Position numbers and translations under genes: made by a program | Shown: positions 46,398 to 55,931 of the stretch, in pieces | Position numbering within the stretch: position 1 is the first letter of the stretch | How the letters are laid out: the number at the start of each line of letters is the position of its first letter | The notes under the pieces: generated by a model | The model's database searches: none | The model's input: only the letters and a program-made list of their open reading frames with translations | Told to the model about the DNA's origin: nothing | From: an uncultured bacterium | GTDB lineage: Bacteria > Zixibacteria > MSB-5A5 > UBA10806 | Length of the DNA: 64,000 bases | Direction of reading: 5' to 3' | Assembly (NCBI GenBank): GCA_965541585.1 | Contig: CBEUCH010000008.1 | Span: 1 to 64,000, forward strand

Positions 46398-48001
46398 TGC
46401 GAGCAATCACGGTTTTAGCTTTCATTTTCTTTGCGCTGGAGGGGGAAACCTTTGGCTGTGCAACTGCGGATCTGATTGCAGGCTTTAGCGGCTCCGGCGA
46501 CGGTGTGATCCTCACCCGCCCCGAAATGCAGCATAACTGGGCTACGCCCGAAGGTATTTTCCTGATCCATTACGATACGGAAGGGCCTCGTGCAGTATAC
46601 CATGCTGATGAGGATATCGATCCAGCCGACGGTATTCCGGATTATGTAAACAGGCTTTCAGAATTCCTGTATCAATCATACCAGGTTTTTATCGTCGAAC
46701 TGGATTATGATCCTCCTCCATTTGACGGTGAAGGCGGCGGAGGCCCCCTCTATGATATTTATCTGACAGAGGTTCCGGCGTTGACCTCACCGGAAAACCC
46801 GTCGGATCAATATCCGGGCAGGCCTGCTTATACGTCATATATACAGCTTGGCAGGGATATGCGTACCCCACGCTACCCCGATGATCCCTATCCTTTTCTG
46901 AAGGTCTCTGCGGCCCACGAGTACTTCCATGCGGTTCAGTTTGCATATAGAGCGTATTCTGTGGATGCCACGCCGTGGTGGTTCGAATCGTGTGCGGCCT
47001 GGGCCGAGGAGATGGTCTTCGATGAAATTAACGACGTGCATTATGATCTGCCCGAATATCTTCCGCGGCTCCATTATTCTCTCTATCAGACCGGAGGGCC
47101 GTTTATGTATGGTGCCTGGTTATTTCCTCAGTTTGTTTCGGAGAGGATCGGTCCCAGGATAATCAAACGGTGCTGGGAAAAGTTTGCATCTTTGAATTTT
47201 GCGATGGAAGCGATAAGACTGGCTTTTAATGAATTTGGATATGATTTCAACGACGAATATTGCCGGCATATAGTCTGGAATTATTTCACGGGCCCGAATT
47301 ATCAGCCGGGCTTTTATGAGGAGGCGGCCCTCTTCGACGAAACAGTTTTCGAAGCCCGGATACACTATAGTTATCCGATCGAATGGATGGGACAACCGGT
47401 TGATCAGCAAAATGTTTCGGGCGCCTATATAAATTTCTGGAAGCCCCAGATAAATAAAGGCTCTCTTGTGATTGAATATTACAATCCCACCGATGACGAT
47501 CATTCCGTTTGCATCGCTGTGCTGCGGAATTCATCGGGAGTGGAATACGATATCTACAGGGTTCAGAATCGGGTATACACAACTTTCACGGTCAGAGATT
47601 TCGCTGAATGCGAAAAAGTCATAATGATGCCGGTATGGCGATACGAGGGAGTTCCTGCAGGGGGGACGACCTCCTATATATACAGGGCTCACGTCGACAG
47701 CAATCTGACTTCCGTTGCGGATGAGCTCCCGGGTCCGGGAGATTTCGAGCTCTTGGGGGCATTCCCGAACCCCTTTAATCGGTCGGTGTCAATCGTATTC
47801 GAGGCTCCGGTCGGAGAAGAGTACGAGATCAGGGTATACGACATAGTCGGCCGTCTGATATCGGGCTGGCATGGGCGGCGCGATTCTGGAATGAATCGAC
47901 TGATATGGACCGCCCCGGAGGATCTTGCGGGAGGCGTTTTACTATACGAGGTGGAGATAGGATCATCAAAGCGTCAAGGGAAGATGTTATATTTGAAATA
48001 G
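46397..48001 (+). CDS. Secreted zinc metalloprotease-like protein with T9SS/FlgD-like C-terminal domain
   Basis: Signal peptide; D.DP.DGIPDYV; AAHEYFHAVQF (HExxH) and WWFE..A.W.E; C-terminal FPNPFN...I.VYDI.GR. Confidence 0.85.
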   Translation: MRAITVLAFIFFALEGETFGCATADLIAGFSGSGDGVILTRPEMQHNWATPEGIFLIHYDTEGPRAVYHADEDIDPADGIPDYVNRLSEFLYQSYQVFIVELDYDPPPFDGEGGGGPLYDIYLTEVPALTSPENPSDQYPGRPAYTSYIQLGRDMRTPRYPDDPYPFLKVSAAHEYFHAVQFAYRAYSVDATPWWFESCAAWAEEMVFDEINDVHYDLPEYLPRLHYSLYQTGGPFMYGAWLFPQFVSERIGPRIIKRCWEKFASLNFAMEAIRLAFNEFGYDFNDEYCRHIVWNYFTGPNYQPGFYEEAALFDETVFEARIHYSYPIEWMGQPVDQQNVSGAYINFWKPQINKGSLVIEYYNPTDDDHSVCIAVLRNSSGVEYDIYRVQNRVYTTFTVRDFAECEKVIMMPVWRYEGVPAGGTTSYIYRAHVDSNLTSVADELPGPGDFELLGAFPNPFNRSVSIVFEAPVGEEYEIRVYDIVGRLISGWHGRRDSGMNRLIWTAPEDLAGGVLLYEVEIGSSKRQGKMLYLK

Positions 48002-48010
48002 GATCAGGGA

Positions 48011-48673
48011 ATGAGCAACGAGCAGGATATAAGAGAGTCAGCGGGGACGGAGGAAATCGAGAGTAGATTTCCCGGTCTTTTTGAGGATGAGTCGGCCACG
48101 GCGGCCGAGGCCCTGCTGTTCGCCTCGCCCCAGCCTTTGAGCGATAGAGAGATCGCTCGCATAATCGGGTGTGATAGGCGAAAAGTAGCTGCCATCATTG
48201 AGGAGCTAAACCAGAAATATGTTGAATGGGGAAGATCATTCAGGATAGAGGAATTCGGTGGTCGCTACAGATTTTTCACCCTCCCCGAATTCGACCGCTA
48301 CATCAAGCGACTGGCGGATATCCCGCGGCCGGTAAAGCTATCCAGGGCTGCGCTGGAGGTTCTCTCTATCATAGCCTATAAACAGCCGGTGGTTAGATCG
48401 GAGATCGAGCGTATCAGGGGCGTAAATCCTGAAGGTGTGATACGGACCCTGATCGAGAGGGGCCTGATCGAGGTGCACGGCAGATCCGATGGTCCCGGGC
48501 GGCCATTACTATATGGAACTACCAGAGATTTTTTGGAGTTTTTCGGTATTTCCGATCTTTCGGAGTTGCCGGATCCCGAGCCAGCCGCTGATAGGGATAC
48601 AGATAAGATATTGGTCATGAAAAGGCCCGCTGAGGAAAGCGAATCTACGGCGCCTGCCGATGAGACTGAATAA
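48011..48673 (+). CDS. scpB: SMC-Scp complex subunit ScpB
   Basis: EALLF, LSRAALEVLSIIAYKQP, IE.IRGV, GRP.LYGTT..FL..FG. Confidence 0.95.
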   Translation: MSNEQDIRESAGTEEIESRFPGLFEDESATAAEALLFASPQPLSDREIARIIGCDRRKVAAIIEELNQKYVEWGRSFRIEEFGGRYRFFTLPEFDRYIKRLADIPRPVKLSRAALEVLSIIAYKQPVVRSEIERIRGVNPEGVIRTLIERGLIEVHGRSDGPGRPLLYGTTRDFLEFFGISDLSELPDPEPAADRDTDKILVMKRPAEESESTAPADETE

Positions 48674-49376
48674 ATTTCTTGCCAAAACCGGTATAGCATC
48701 CCGCAGAGCAGCCGATCTGCTGCTGGTACAAGGGCGTATCGCTGTCAATGGCGAGATTGTCACCACTCCCGGCAGCGTTGTGGACGAGGCTGTTGATGAG
48801 ATCACTTTCGATGGTAAACTGGTTACACTGCCCGAAGAATTTGTTTATGTTCTGTTAAACAAACCGGTCGGCTATCTGGTAACCTGCAGGGACGATTTCA
48901 AGCGCCCCATCGTGCTCGATCTGATCAGGAAATACAAACGGTTGGTGCGGCCGGTGGGCCGCCTCGACCTCGATTCTTCAGGGCTATTACTGCTCACAAA
49001 TGACGGCGAATTGGCTTTCAGGCTGGCGCATCCCCGATATAAGATTGATAAGAAATATCTGGTAAAATGCGAGGGTTTTGTCTCAGACGATGAAATGGAG
49101 AGACTCCGGGACGGCATCGAACTTGACGATGGTTCGACCTGGCCCGCGAAGGTCGAATTGATATCTCGCAGCAAGAACTCCAGCAGATTTCATATTACTA
49201 TTCATGAGGGCCGAAAGCGTCAGGTAAGGAGGATGTGCCAGGTCATAGGCCATTCGACAATAACCCTGCGAAGGGTGGAATACGGTTGTATCAACCTCAG
49301 CAACTTGAAGGCGGGAGAATATCGTCTTCTGAAGAAAGCGGAAGTGGGAATTTTGAGAACGTCGGTCGGCCTGTGA
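48660..49376 (+). CDS. rluB: rRNA pseudouridine synthase (RluB/RsuA family)
   Basis: S4 domain MRLNKFLA..G..SRR; NKP.G; PVGRLD..SSGLLLLTNDG; EGRKRQVRRM. Confidence 0.92.
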   Translation: MRLNKFLAKTGIASRRAADLLLVQGRIAVNGEIVTTPGSVVDEAVDEITFDGKLVTLPEEFVYVLLNKPVGYLVTCRDDFKRPIVLDLIRKYKRLVRPVGRLDLDSSGLLLLTNDGELAFRLAHPRYKIDKKYLVKCEGFVSDDEMERLRDGIELDDGSTWPAKVELISRSKNSSRFHITIHEGRKRQVRRMCQVIGHSTITLRRVEYGCINLSNLKAGEYRLLKKAEVGILRTSVGL

Positions 49377-50053
49377 AAAAACACCGTGTTATAGTTATAG
49401 ACGGTCCTGCCGGTTCGGGCAAGAGCAGCACCGCCAGGCTCCTGGCGAAAAGGGTGGGATTCACCTATCTCGATACGGGTTCCATGTACCGCAGCGTTAC
49501 ATTAGCCGCAATAGAAAGAGGGATAGATTTAAACGACGAGGCGAAGGTCACGGAAATCGCAGGGAAGGTGAAAATAGAAATCGTCCCCGGCGAGGATGAG
49601 GATAGGTTTTTCCTCGACGGAAAAGACGTCACTCTTCTGATCCGTAAACCGAGGATTGATGCCGGAGTATCACTCGTTTCATCCTACAAAGGGGTCAGAG
49701 AAAAAATGGTCGGACTCCAGCAGAAGTTCGCCCGGGTTGCCGATATCGTGGCCGAGGGAAGAGACATGGGAACGGTTGTATTCCCGGATGCCGAGCTCAA
49801 GATTTTCCTGGTTGCCGATCTGCAAACCAGAGCAATCCGACGGTGCCGCCAGCTCGATGGGGTCGGTATCACGACGTCCCTTGAGGAGCAAACGGCATCG
49901 CTTTCATCGAGGGATCTCTTTGACTCGGGGAGGGATCATTCGCCTCTGAGGAAAGCCGATGACGCAATTGAGATAGATACCACCGATATGTCGCTGGGCG
50001 GTCAGGTGGAAAAGGTATATGAGCTGGCTTGCGAAAAGCTGGGAATATCGTGA
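49373..50053 (+). CDS. cmk: Cytidylate kinase
   Basis: IDGPAGSGKSS, YLDTGSMYR, EGRDMGTVVFPDA. Confidence 0.96.
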   Translation: MKKHRVIVIDGPAGSGKSSTARLLAKRVGFTYLDTGSMYRSVTLAAIERGIDLNDEAKVTEIAGKVKIEIVPGEDEDRFFLDGKDVTLLIRKPRIDAGVSLVSSYKGVREKMVGLQQKFARVADIVAEGRDMGTVVFPDAELKIFLVADLQTRAIRRCRQLDGVGITTSLEEQTASLSSRDLFDSGRDHSPLRKADDAIEIDTTDMSLGGQVEKVYELACEKLGIS

Positions 50054-50685
50054 AACCGTTTTATAGGACCTGCCGGTTTATTGTCAGATCATTTCTCGTT
50101 ATCTATTGCCGCCTGCAGGTTAGCGGCAGAGAAAACATTCCGTCCGAGGGCGGCATCGTTATAGCCTCGAATCATATCGCGGCGGGCGATCCCCCGTTCG
50201 TGGGCTCCTCTATTAATCGAGAGGTCTATTTCCTGGCTAAAAGAGAGCTTTTCATAAATCCTCTGTTAAGAATCTTAATCAGAAACTTAAACGCATTTCC
50301 GGTAAACAGGGGTGTCTTCGATCGCAACGCTCTCGAGCGGTCGGAGGAAATCCTCCAGAAAGGATTCGGGCTGGTATTATTCCCCGAGGGGACCCGCAGC
50401 AGAACCGGCGAACTGGGGCGCGGGAAACCGGGCATCGGAATGCTGGCCAGACATGCTATGGTTCCCATCGTGCCGGCGTATATCGAAAACTCCAAACGTT
50501 TTCTGAGATTGCCGTTCACCGGGAGAAAGCTGGCGATACGTTTCGGCCCGCCTCTCACTCCGGAATGGCTCTCGAAGTTCTCGGATGATAAGGACGGATA
50601 CAGAGCCATCGTAGCGGAGGTCATGGAGAGAATCAGGCTATTGAAAGAAGAATCGGCTTCGGGGCGGCTTCCGGTCTCCAAATAG
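50050..50685 (+). CDS. plsC: 1-acyl-sn-glycerol-3-phosphate acyltransferase
   Basis: SNH....DPP, AK.ELF, FPEGTRS, VPIVP. Confidence 0.92.
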   Translation: MKPFYRTCRFIVRSFLVIYCRLQVSGRENIPSEGGIVIASNHIAAGDPPFVGSSINREVYFLAKRELFINPLLRILIRNLNAFPVNRGVFDRNALERSEEILQKGFGLVLFPEGTRSRTGELGRGKPGIGMLARHAMVPIVPAYIENSKRFLRLPFTGRKLAIRFGPPLTPEWLSKFSDDKDGYRAIVAEVMERIRLLKEESASGRLPVSK

Positions 50686-50809
50686 ATGTAAAAAAGATTT
50701 GCCAGGTGTTGGAAATTACTTATATTGTTTTTCAATTATCTCCCGATAATCTTAAATTGGGGGACCCCTTAGGGGGAATTGATTTTGTGCTAAGGAGGAT
50801 TTTTTAGTA

Positions 50810-52969
50810 ATGCCAGCGAAAAAGAAGGTTGCGAAGAAAAAGGTAACGGCAAAGGCCAAAACGGGAGGTGGTGCCAAAAGCAAAACAGCCAGGGCCAGAG
50901 CGGAATCTCGCAAGAAAGCCGTTGCGAAGAAGGCGGCGAAGGCGACCGCTACCGCCGGAAAAGCCAAGAAAGCCGTAAGGAAGACCCGTACCAAGGTAGC
51001 TCGCCAGAAGGTTAAGAAGGTCGAAGTTGAACCGGTCTTGACCGCTGAAGATATCGAGATGCAGGAATACTCCCAGGAGGAATTTGACCTGCAATTGAAA
51101 ATGTATGAGGACACCTTGCAGGATATCAGAGAGGGCGAGGTTGTTGAAGGCACGGTTATGGGCGTTACTCACGATGATGTTATTGTCGATGTCGGCTTCA
51201 AGTCGGAGGGTATCATACCGATTCACGAATTCCCGGCGCCGGTGAACGTGCAGGTCGGGGAGAAAATAGCCGTATACCTGGACGCTATAGAAAACAATGA
51301 TGGCCAGCTCGTTTTATCCAAGCAGAAGGCGGATTTCATGCGCGTCTGGGATAATATCAAGGAGGCCCATGACTCCGGCCAGACCGTCGACGGAAAAGTC
51401 ATGCGACGCATCAAAGGCGGTATGGTTATCGATCTCTTCGGCGTAGATGCTTTTCTTCCGGGTTCGCAAATTGCCCTGCGGCAGGTTCCCGATTTCGATG
51501 CCCTGCTTGGCACGACCATGGAGTTGAAAATCATCAAGATCAACAAGAGCCGCAGGAATATTGTTGTTTCGCGACGGGTGGTTCTTGAGCGTGAGCGTGA
51601 AAAGATGCGCGACCAACTATTGAAAGAAATTGAGCCCGGACAGGTTCGCAAAGGTATCATCAAAAACATCACCGATTTCGGCGTTTTCATTGACCTCGGC
51701 GGCGTGGACGGGCTTTTACATATAACCGATATGTCATGGGGGAGGATCAATCACCCCTCGGAGGTCGTTCAACTTCAGCAGGAAATAGACGTTAAGATCT
51801 TGGATTTCGACAAGTCCAGTAGCAGGATATCCCTGGGTCTGAAGCAGCTTACCCCTTATCCGTGGGAGAAGGTTGATGAGAAGTTTCCGGTGGGAAGCCG
51901 CTTAACAGGGAGGGTCGTATCCATTACCGACTACGGGGCCTTCATCGAGCTGGAAAAAGGGATCGAGGGTCTCATTCATATTTCTGAGATGTCCTGGACA
52001 CAGCATATCAAGCATCCATCGAAACTGCTAAATTCCGGGGATAGTGTGGAAGCGATTGTCCTCTCGGTTGATAAGGAAAATGAAAAAATCTCCCTGGGTT
52101 TGAAGCAGCTTGAGCCGGATCCCTGGGAGACTCTTGACCTGAAGTATCCGGTAGGGACAAAAGTAACCGGAAAAGTGCGAAATTTGACCACGTTCGGTGC
52201 TTTCGTTGAAATAGAGGAGGGCATCGACGGTCTGGTTCATATCTCTGATATGTCCTGGACCAGGAGGATTCAGCACCCCTCCGAAATCATGAATCGAGGG
52301 GATAAGGTCGAGATTGTCATACTGGGAATAGATAAAGACAACCGGCGGATATCTCTCGGGCATAAGCAGGTTAAGCCCGACCCGTGGCCGGAGTTGCAGA
52401 TGAATTTCGCGGTAAACACTGAGACCATAGGGACCATATCGAGGATGCTCGACAGGGGTGTCATAGTCAACCTTACTGGCGAAGTCGAGGGTTTCGTGCC
52501 CGCCAATCAGCTCGGGAAGCGCGATCTAAACCGGCCAGCGGATGCATTTTCGGATGGCGATGAGCTGCCGTTGAGGGTCATAGAGTTCGACACTCATAAC
52601 AGACGGATTATTCTCTCGGTCGAAGCTTATTTCTCCAGCCGTGAAAAAGAGGAGATGGAGGCATACATAGCGAAGCATCCGACAAAAGTAGTGCCTGTCT
52701 CTGATATTGTAGAGGATAAAAGCCAGATAGAGGTCAGGTCTGCTGAAATTGAACCCTCGGCGGAGATCAAGGCAGCGGATCCGCCGCCCGCCGATGAGCC
52801 TGTTGAAAAGCCTCAAGGCGAAAACCTGGCGACCGGGGTCAGTCCGGAAGAGCCTGTTGAAAAGCCCCCGGATGATAATCCTGCGGACGAGACCAAAGCG
52901 GAAGAGTCTCTTGAGAAACCCCCGGACGAAAACCCTACGGACGAATCCAAGCCGGAAGAGCAAGCCTGA
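50810..52969 (+). CDS. rpsA: 30S ribosomal protein S1 with basic N-terminal and acidic C-terminal extensions
   Basis: Six S1 repeats (VDVGFKSEG, AFLPGSQ, DGLLHITDMSW, EGLIHISEMSW, DGLVHISDMSW, VEGFVP). Confidence 0.97.
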   Translation: MPAKKKVAKKKVTAKAKTGGGAKSKTARARAESRKKAVAKKAAKATATAGKAKKAVRKTRTKVARQKVKKVEVEPVLTAEDIEMQEYSQEEFDLQLKMYEDTLQDIREGEVVEGTVMGVTHDDVIVDVGFKSEGIIPIHEFPAPVNVQVGEKIAVYLDAIENNDGQLVLSKQKADFMRVWDNIKEAHDSGQTVDGKVMRRIKGGMVIDLFGVDAFLPGSQIALRQVPDFDALLGTTMELKIIKINKSRRNIVVSRRVVLEREREKMRDQLLKEIEPGQVRKGIIKNITDFGVFIDLGGVDGLLHITDMSWGRINHPSEVVQLQQEIDVKILDFDKSSSRISLGLKQLTPYPWEKVDEKFPVGSRLTGRVVSITDYGAFIELEKGIEGLIHISEMSWTQHIKHPSKLLNSGDSVEAIVLSVDKENEKISLGLKQLEPDPWETLDLKYPVGTKVTGKVRNLTTFGAFVEIEEGIDGLVHISDMSWTRRIQHPSEIMNRGDKVEIVILGIDKDNRRISLGHKQVKPDPWPELQMNFAVNTETIGTISRMLDRGVIVNLTGEVEGFVPANQLGKRDLNRPADAFSDGDELPLRVIEFDTHNRRIILSVEAYFSSREKEEMEAYIAKHPTKVVPVSDIVEDKSQIEVRSAEIEPSAEIKAADPPPADEPVEKPQGENLATGVSPEEPVEKPPDDNPADETKAEESLEKPPDENPTDESKPEEQA
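52793..52954 (+). repeat. Three tandem 54-bp (18-aa) repeats in the rpsA tail
   Basis: DEPVEKPQGENLATGVSP / EEPVEKPPDDNPADETKA / EESLEKPPDENPTDESKP. Confidence 0.8.
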
Positions 52970-52994
52970 AAGATTCGCATCTGATAGGCAGGAG

Positions 52995-53019
52995 AAGCCC
53001 CCGTTACGGGGGCTTTTTT
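52995..53019 (+). terminator. Intrinsic terminator after rpsA
   Basis: AAGCCCCCG-TTA-CGGGGGCTT followed by TTTT. Confidence 0.9.
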
Positions 53020-53055
53020 GTTGACATTAAACGGCTTAAATGAATAAATTTAACA

Positions 53056-54108
53056 ATGCTTTTGAGATCCCTGAAGACGAAATTATTGGGTCTACTCCGG
53101 CGGCGGGTACTCCCCTCGGGGGACCTTGACAATGTCGATATCCTAAGAGGACCTTCCAGGATACTGCTGGTAAAGCAATCCGAACGCATGGGGAACGTCA
53201 TCTTGTTAAATTCAGCTATCGATGCCATTTCGATCTCGTTTCCAGAAACGACGATCGATCTCCTCCTACCGGCCGCCTATGCCGACTTGATGGACCGAGA
53301 TTCGAGAATAGGAAGGATTATTAAGGTCCATAAAAGGAAATATATTCTCCGGCCGTGGAGGCTGCTTAGCTTAATAAGAAGGCTCAGGAGATCTGAGTAT
53401 GATCTGGCGATAGACTGCTCCGATGTAAATTCGCATTCGTTAACGGGTGCAGTTTACACACTTCTCAGCGGAGCCAGAATTACCGCCGGTTGGGAAATGG
53501 GTAGCGACCGGATTTTCGAGAGGGAGGTCCCCAGATATACCGGGACCATGCATGCCAGAGATATGATTCTCAGACTCCTATCCGGTGTTTTTGGCTTGGA
53601 ATTGTCCGGAGACCCGTACTTTAAGGAGAGCTCGAAGCGGCTGCAAAATGGAAAGCCGATAGTCGGTCTCAACTGTGGTGGCAGAGGGCCTAAAAGGTGG
53701 CCTCTGGAAAACTTCATTGAACTTGGCTCGAGGCTATCCGACAGGGGCATAAGCGTTGAGTTCATTCTGGGTCCGGATGAAAAAGATCTGAGATCCGAAT
53801 TGAGCGAGAGCTTACCCTCCAATGGTCGATTGCTGCCTCTGATGTCCATGGGAGAGCTTAAAGAAACCATAGGCGCATATTCCGCCTTCATCTCATCAGA
53901 TTCCGGTCCCATGCATCTTGCCTGGACCCAGGCGGTTCCGACAGTGGCGATATTTATTGATTCGGAAATGGACAAGTTCAAACCGCTCGGAGCCGGTTCG
54001 GTGGCTCTGGAGACTAAATCCGGGATCGATGTTGAACGGGTTTTCAACCATGTGTGTAGAATTCTTTCGAAAACCGAAGCTACTGGTTCCTTGAGGGCCG
54101 GACCATGA
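53056..54108 (+). CDS. Glycosyltransferase family 9 (heptosyltransferase-like)
   Basis: MGNVIL, YDLAID, KRWP.ENF, DSGPMHLA. Confidence 0.9.
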   Translation: MLLRSLKTKLLGLLRRRVLPSGDLDNVDILRGPSRILLVKQSERMGNVILLNSAIDAISISFPETTIDLLLPAAYADLMDRDSRIGRIIKVHKRKYILRPWRLLSLIRRLRRSEYDLAIDCSDVNSHSLTGAVYTLLSGARITAGWEMGSDRIFEREVPRYTGTMHARDMILRLLSGVFGLELSGDPYFKESSKRLQNGKPIVGLNCGGRGPKRWPLENFIELGSRLSDRGISVEFILGPDEKDLRSELSESLPSNGRLLPLMSMGELKETIGAYSAFISSDSGPMHLAWTQAVPTVAIFIDSEMDKFKPLGAGSVALETKSGIDVERVFNHVCRILSKTEATGSLRAGP

Positions 54109-55931
54109 AATTATACTGGCGTTTGTTGAAATTTATAAAGCCGCATCTGCGGTTTTTCATAGTTGCTGCTCTTCTTAGCATGCTCTTTGCAGGTATGAGC
54201 GGGGTCTCGGTGACACTGGTGATTCCTTTTATAAACATCGTTTTCGAACAGGACATTTCATCGCAGACTATTGAATCGGGACCGATCGATTACTCAAAGC
54301 TATTGGAACTCGATAAAGAAACATTTCTTCGTGTCATCGGGGGCAACACCAAGATTGAAATGCTGGGCAGATTTTGCCTGCTGCTTCTATGCTCATTTTT
54401 GATCAAAAACATCTTCCTCTATGGCCGGAGCTTCTTGATAGTCCGGGTGGAGCAGGGAGTAGTCCGGGATCTTCGAGATAGGCTCTTTTTTCATTATCAG
54501 ATGCTGCCATTGGAATATTTTCACGGTCAGAGGGCGGGAGAGCTGATATCGAGAATCACCAATGATATAACACTCGTCAGAGGAGCGGTCGCCAATGGTT
54601 TATCCGATCTATTGAAGAACCTGTTTTTGAGCATCGTATTTATGGTTTTGATATTTATAGCATCGTGGAAGATGGCCCTGGCCGCAATCCTGATTTTGCC
54701 TCCCTCTATTGGCCTGATAGGGATCCTGGGTAAGAAATTGAAGAAAAGTTCCAGAATAACGCAGGAGAAGATGGCATCTATAACCACCGTTTTGCAGGAG
54801 ACCATCTCCGGTATCCGGGTGGTTAAAGCCTTTGCCATGGAGAGATTCGAATTGGGCCGGTTCAAACGGTTTACGAACGATTTTTCCAGAACTATGGTTC
54901 GCTTAACGAGGATCGGCTCACTTGGCATCCCGCTGACGGAGATGCTCGGCGTCGCAGCCGGGACTATAATTATATGGTATGGGGGCCGCCAGGTTTTGAG
55001 CGGTGATCTGACCGCCGATAAGTTCTTTTTATTTCTGGTGGCGATGTTTTCCCTTATGGATCCCGTAAAAGTCTTGGCCCGCGTGAATATAGATATCCAG
55101 CAGGGCCTGGCCGCAGCAGCGCGGATATTCGGTATTCTCGACACCGAGCCGAAAGTAGTGGAGGCCAAGAGTCCTGTCGTTTTGAGTGAATTTAAAGAGG
55201 CCATCGGGTTTGAGAGTGTCTCCTTCAATTATTCCACCGGCGGATTCAGACTTCAAAACCTAAGCTTTGATCTAACAAAGGGGCAGGTGATGGCGCTTGT
55301 GGGGCCGTCGGGCGGAGGCAAATCGACAATAGTCGATCTGATTCCTCGATTCTATGATCCTGTTTCAGGCCGTGTTACTATAGATGGTATCGATCTAAAA
55401 GATGTGGAGACCAGATCTTTGAGAAACCTGCTGGGGATCGTAACTCAGGAGATTATCCTCTTCAACGATACGATATATAATAATGTCGCCTACGGGCAGG
55501 AGAATATCGGTCAGGAACCAGTCGAACGGGCTTTGGAGGCTGCCTGCGCTCTCGACTTTGTCCAAGAGACGCCCGAGGGTCTTAATACCTATATTGGAGA
55601 CCGGGGCGTAATGCTATCCGGCGGCCAGAGACAGAGGCTGGCTATCGCGCGCGCTCTCTTGAAGGATCCGCCGATCTTGATCTTCGATGAGGCAACATCC
55701 TCGCTCGATTCCGAATCCGAACAACTTATTACGCAAGCGATCTCGAACCTTTTGAGCGGCAGAACGGTCATCCTGATTGCCCATCGCCTCTCGACCATAC
55801 GTAAGGCGGATGTCATACTGGTGGTTGAGAACGGACAGATAGTCCAGACAGGGGATCATAACGATCTGCTCAGCGAGGGCGGCCTGTACAAGAAACTACA
55901 CGATCTGCAATTTGAGGATGCAGGTTTATGA
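54105..55931 (+). CDS. msbA: MsbA-like lipid A ABC exporter
   Basis: TMD with GELISRITND; GPSGGGKST; LSGGQRQR; DEATSSLD; lies in an LPS cluster. Confidence 0.85.
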   Translation: MKLYWRLLKFIKPHLRFFIVAALLSMLFAGMSGVSVTLVIPFINIVFEQDISSQTIESGPIDYSKLLELDKETFLRVIGGNTKIEMLGRFCLLLLCSFLIKNIFLYGRSFLIVRVEQGVVRDLRDRLFFHYQMLPLEYFHGQRAGELISRITNDITLVRGAVANGLSDLLKNLFLSIVFMVLIFIASWKMALAAILILPPSIGLIGILGKKLKKSSRITQEKMASITTVLQETISGIRVVKAFAMERFELGRFKRFTNDFSRTMVRLTRIGSLGIPLTEMLGVAAGTIIIWYGGRQVLSGDLTADKFFLFLVAMFSLMDPVKVLARVNIDIQQGLAAAARIFGILDTEPKVVEAKSPVVLSEFKEAIGFESVSFNYSTGGFRLQNLSFDLTKGQVMALVGPSGGGKSTIVDLIPRFYDPVSGRVTIDGIDLKDVETRSLRNLLGIVTQEIILFNDTIYNNVAYGQENIGQEPVERALEAACALDFVQETPEGLNTYIGDRGVMLSGGQRQRLAIARALLKDPPILIFDEATSSLDSESEQLITQAISNLLSGRTVILIAHRLSTIRKADVILVVENGQIVQTGDHNDLLSEGGLYKKLHDLQFEDAGL

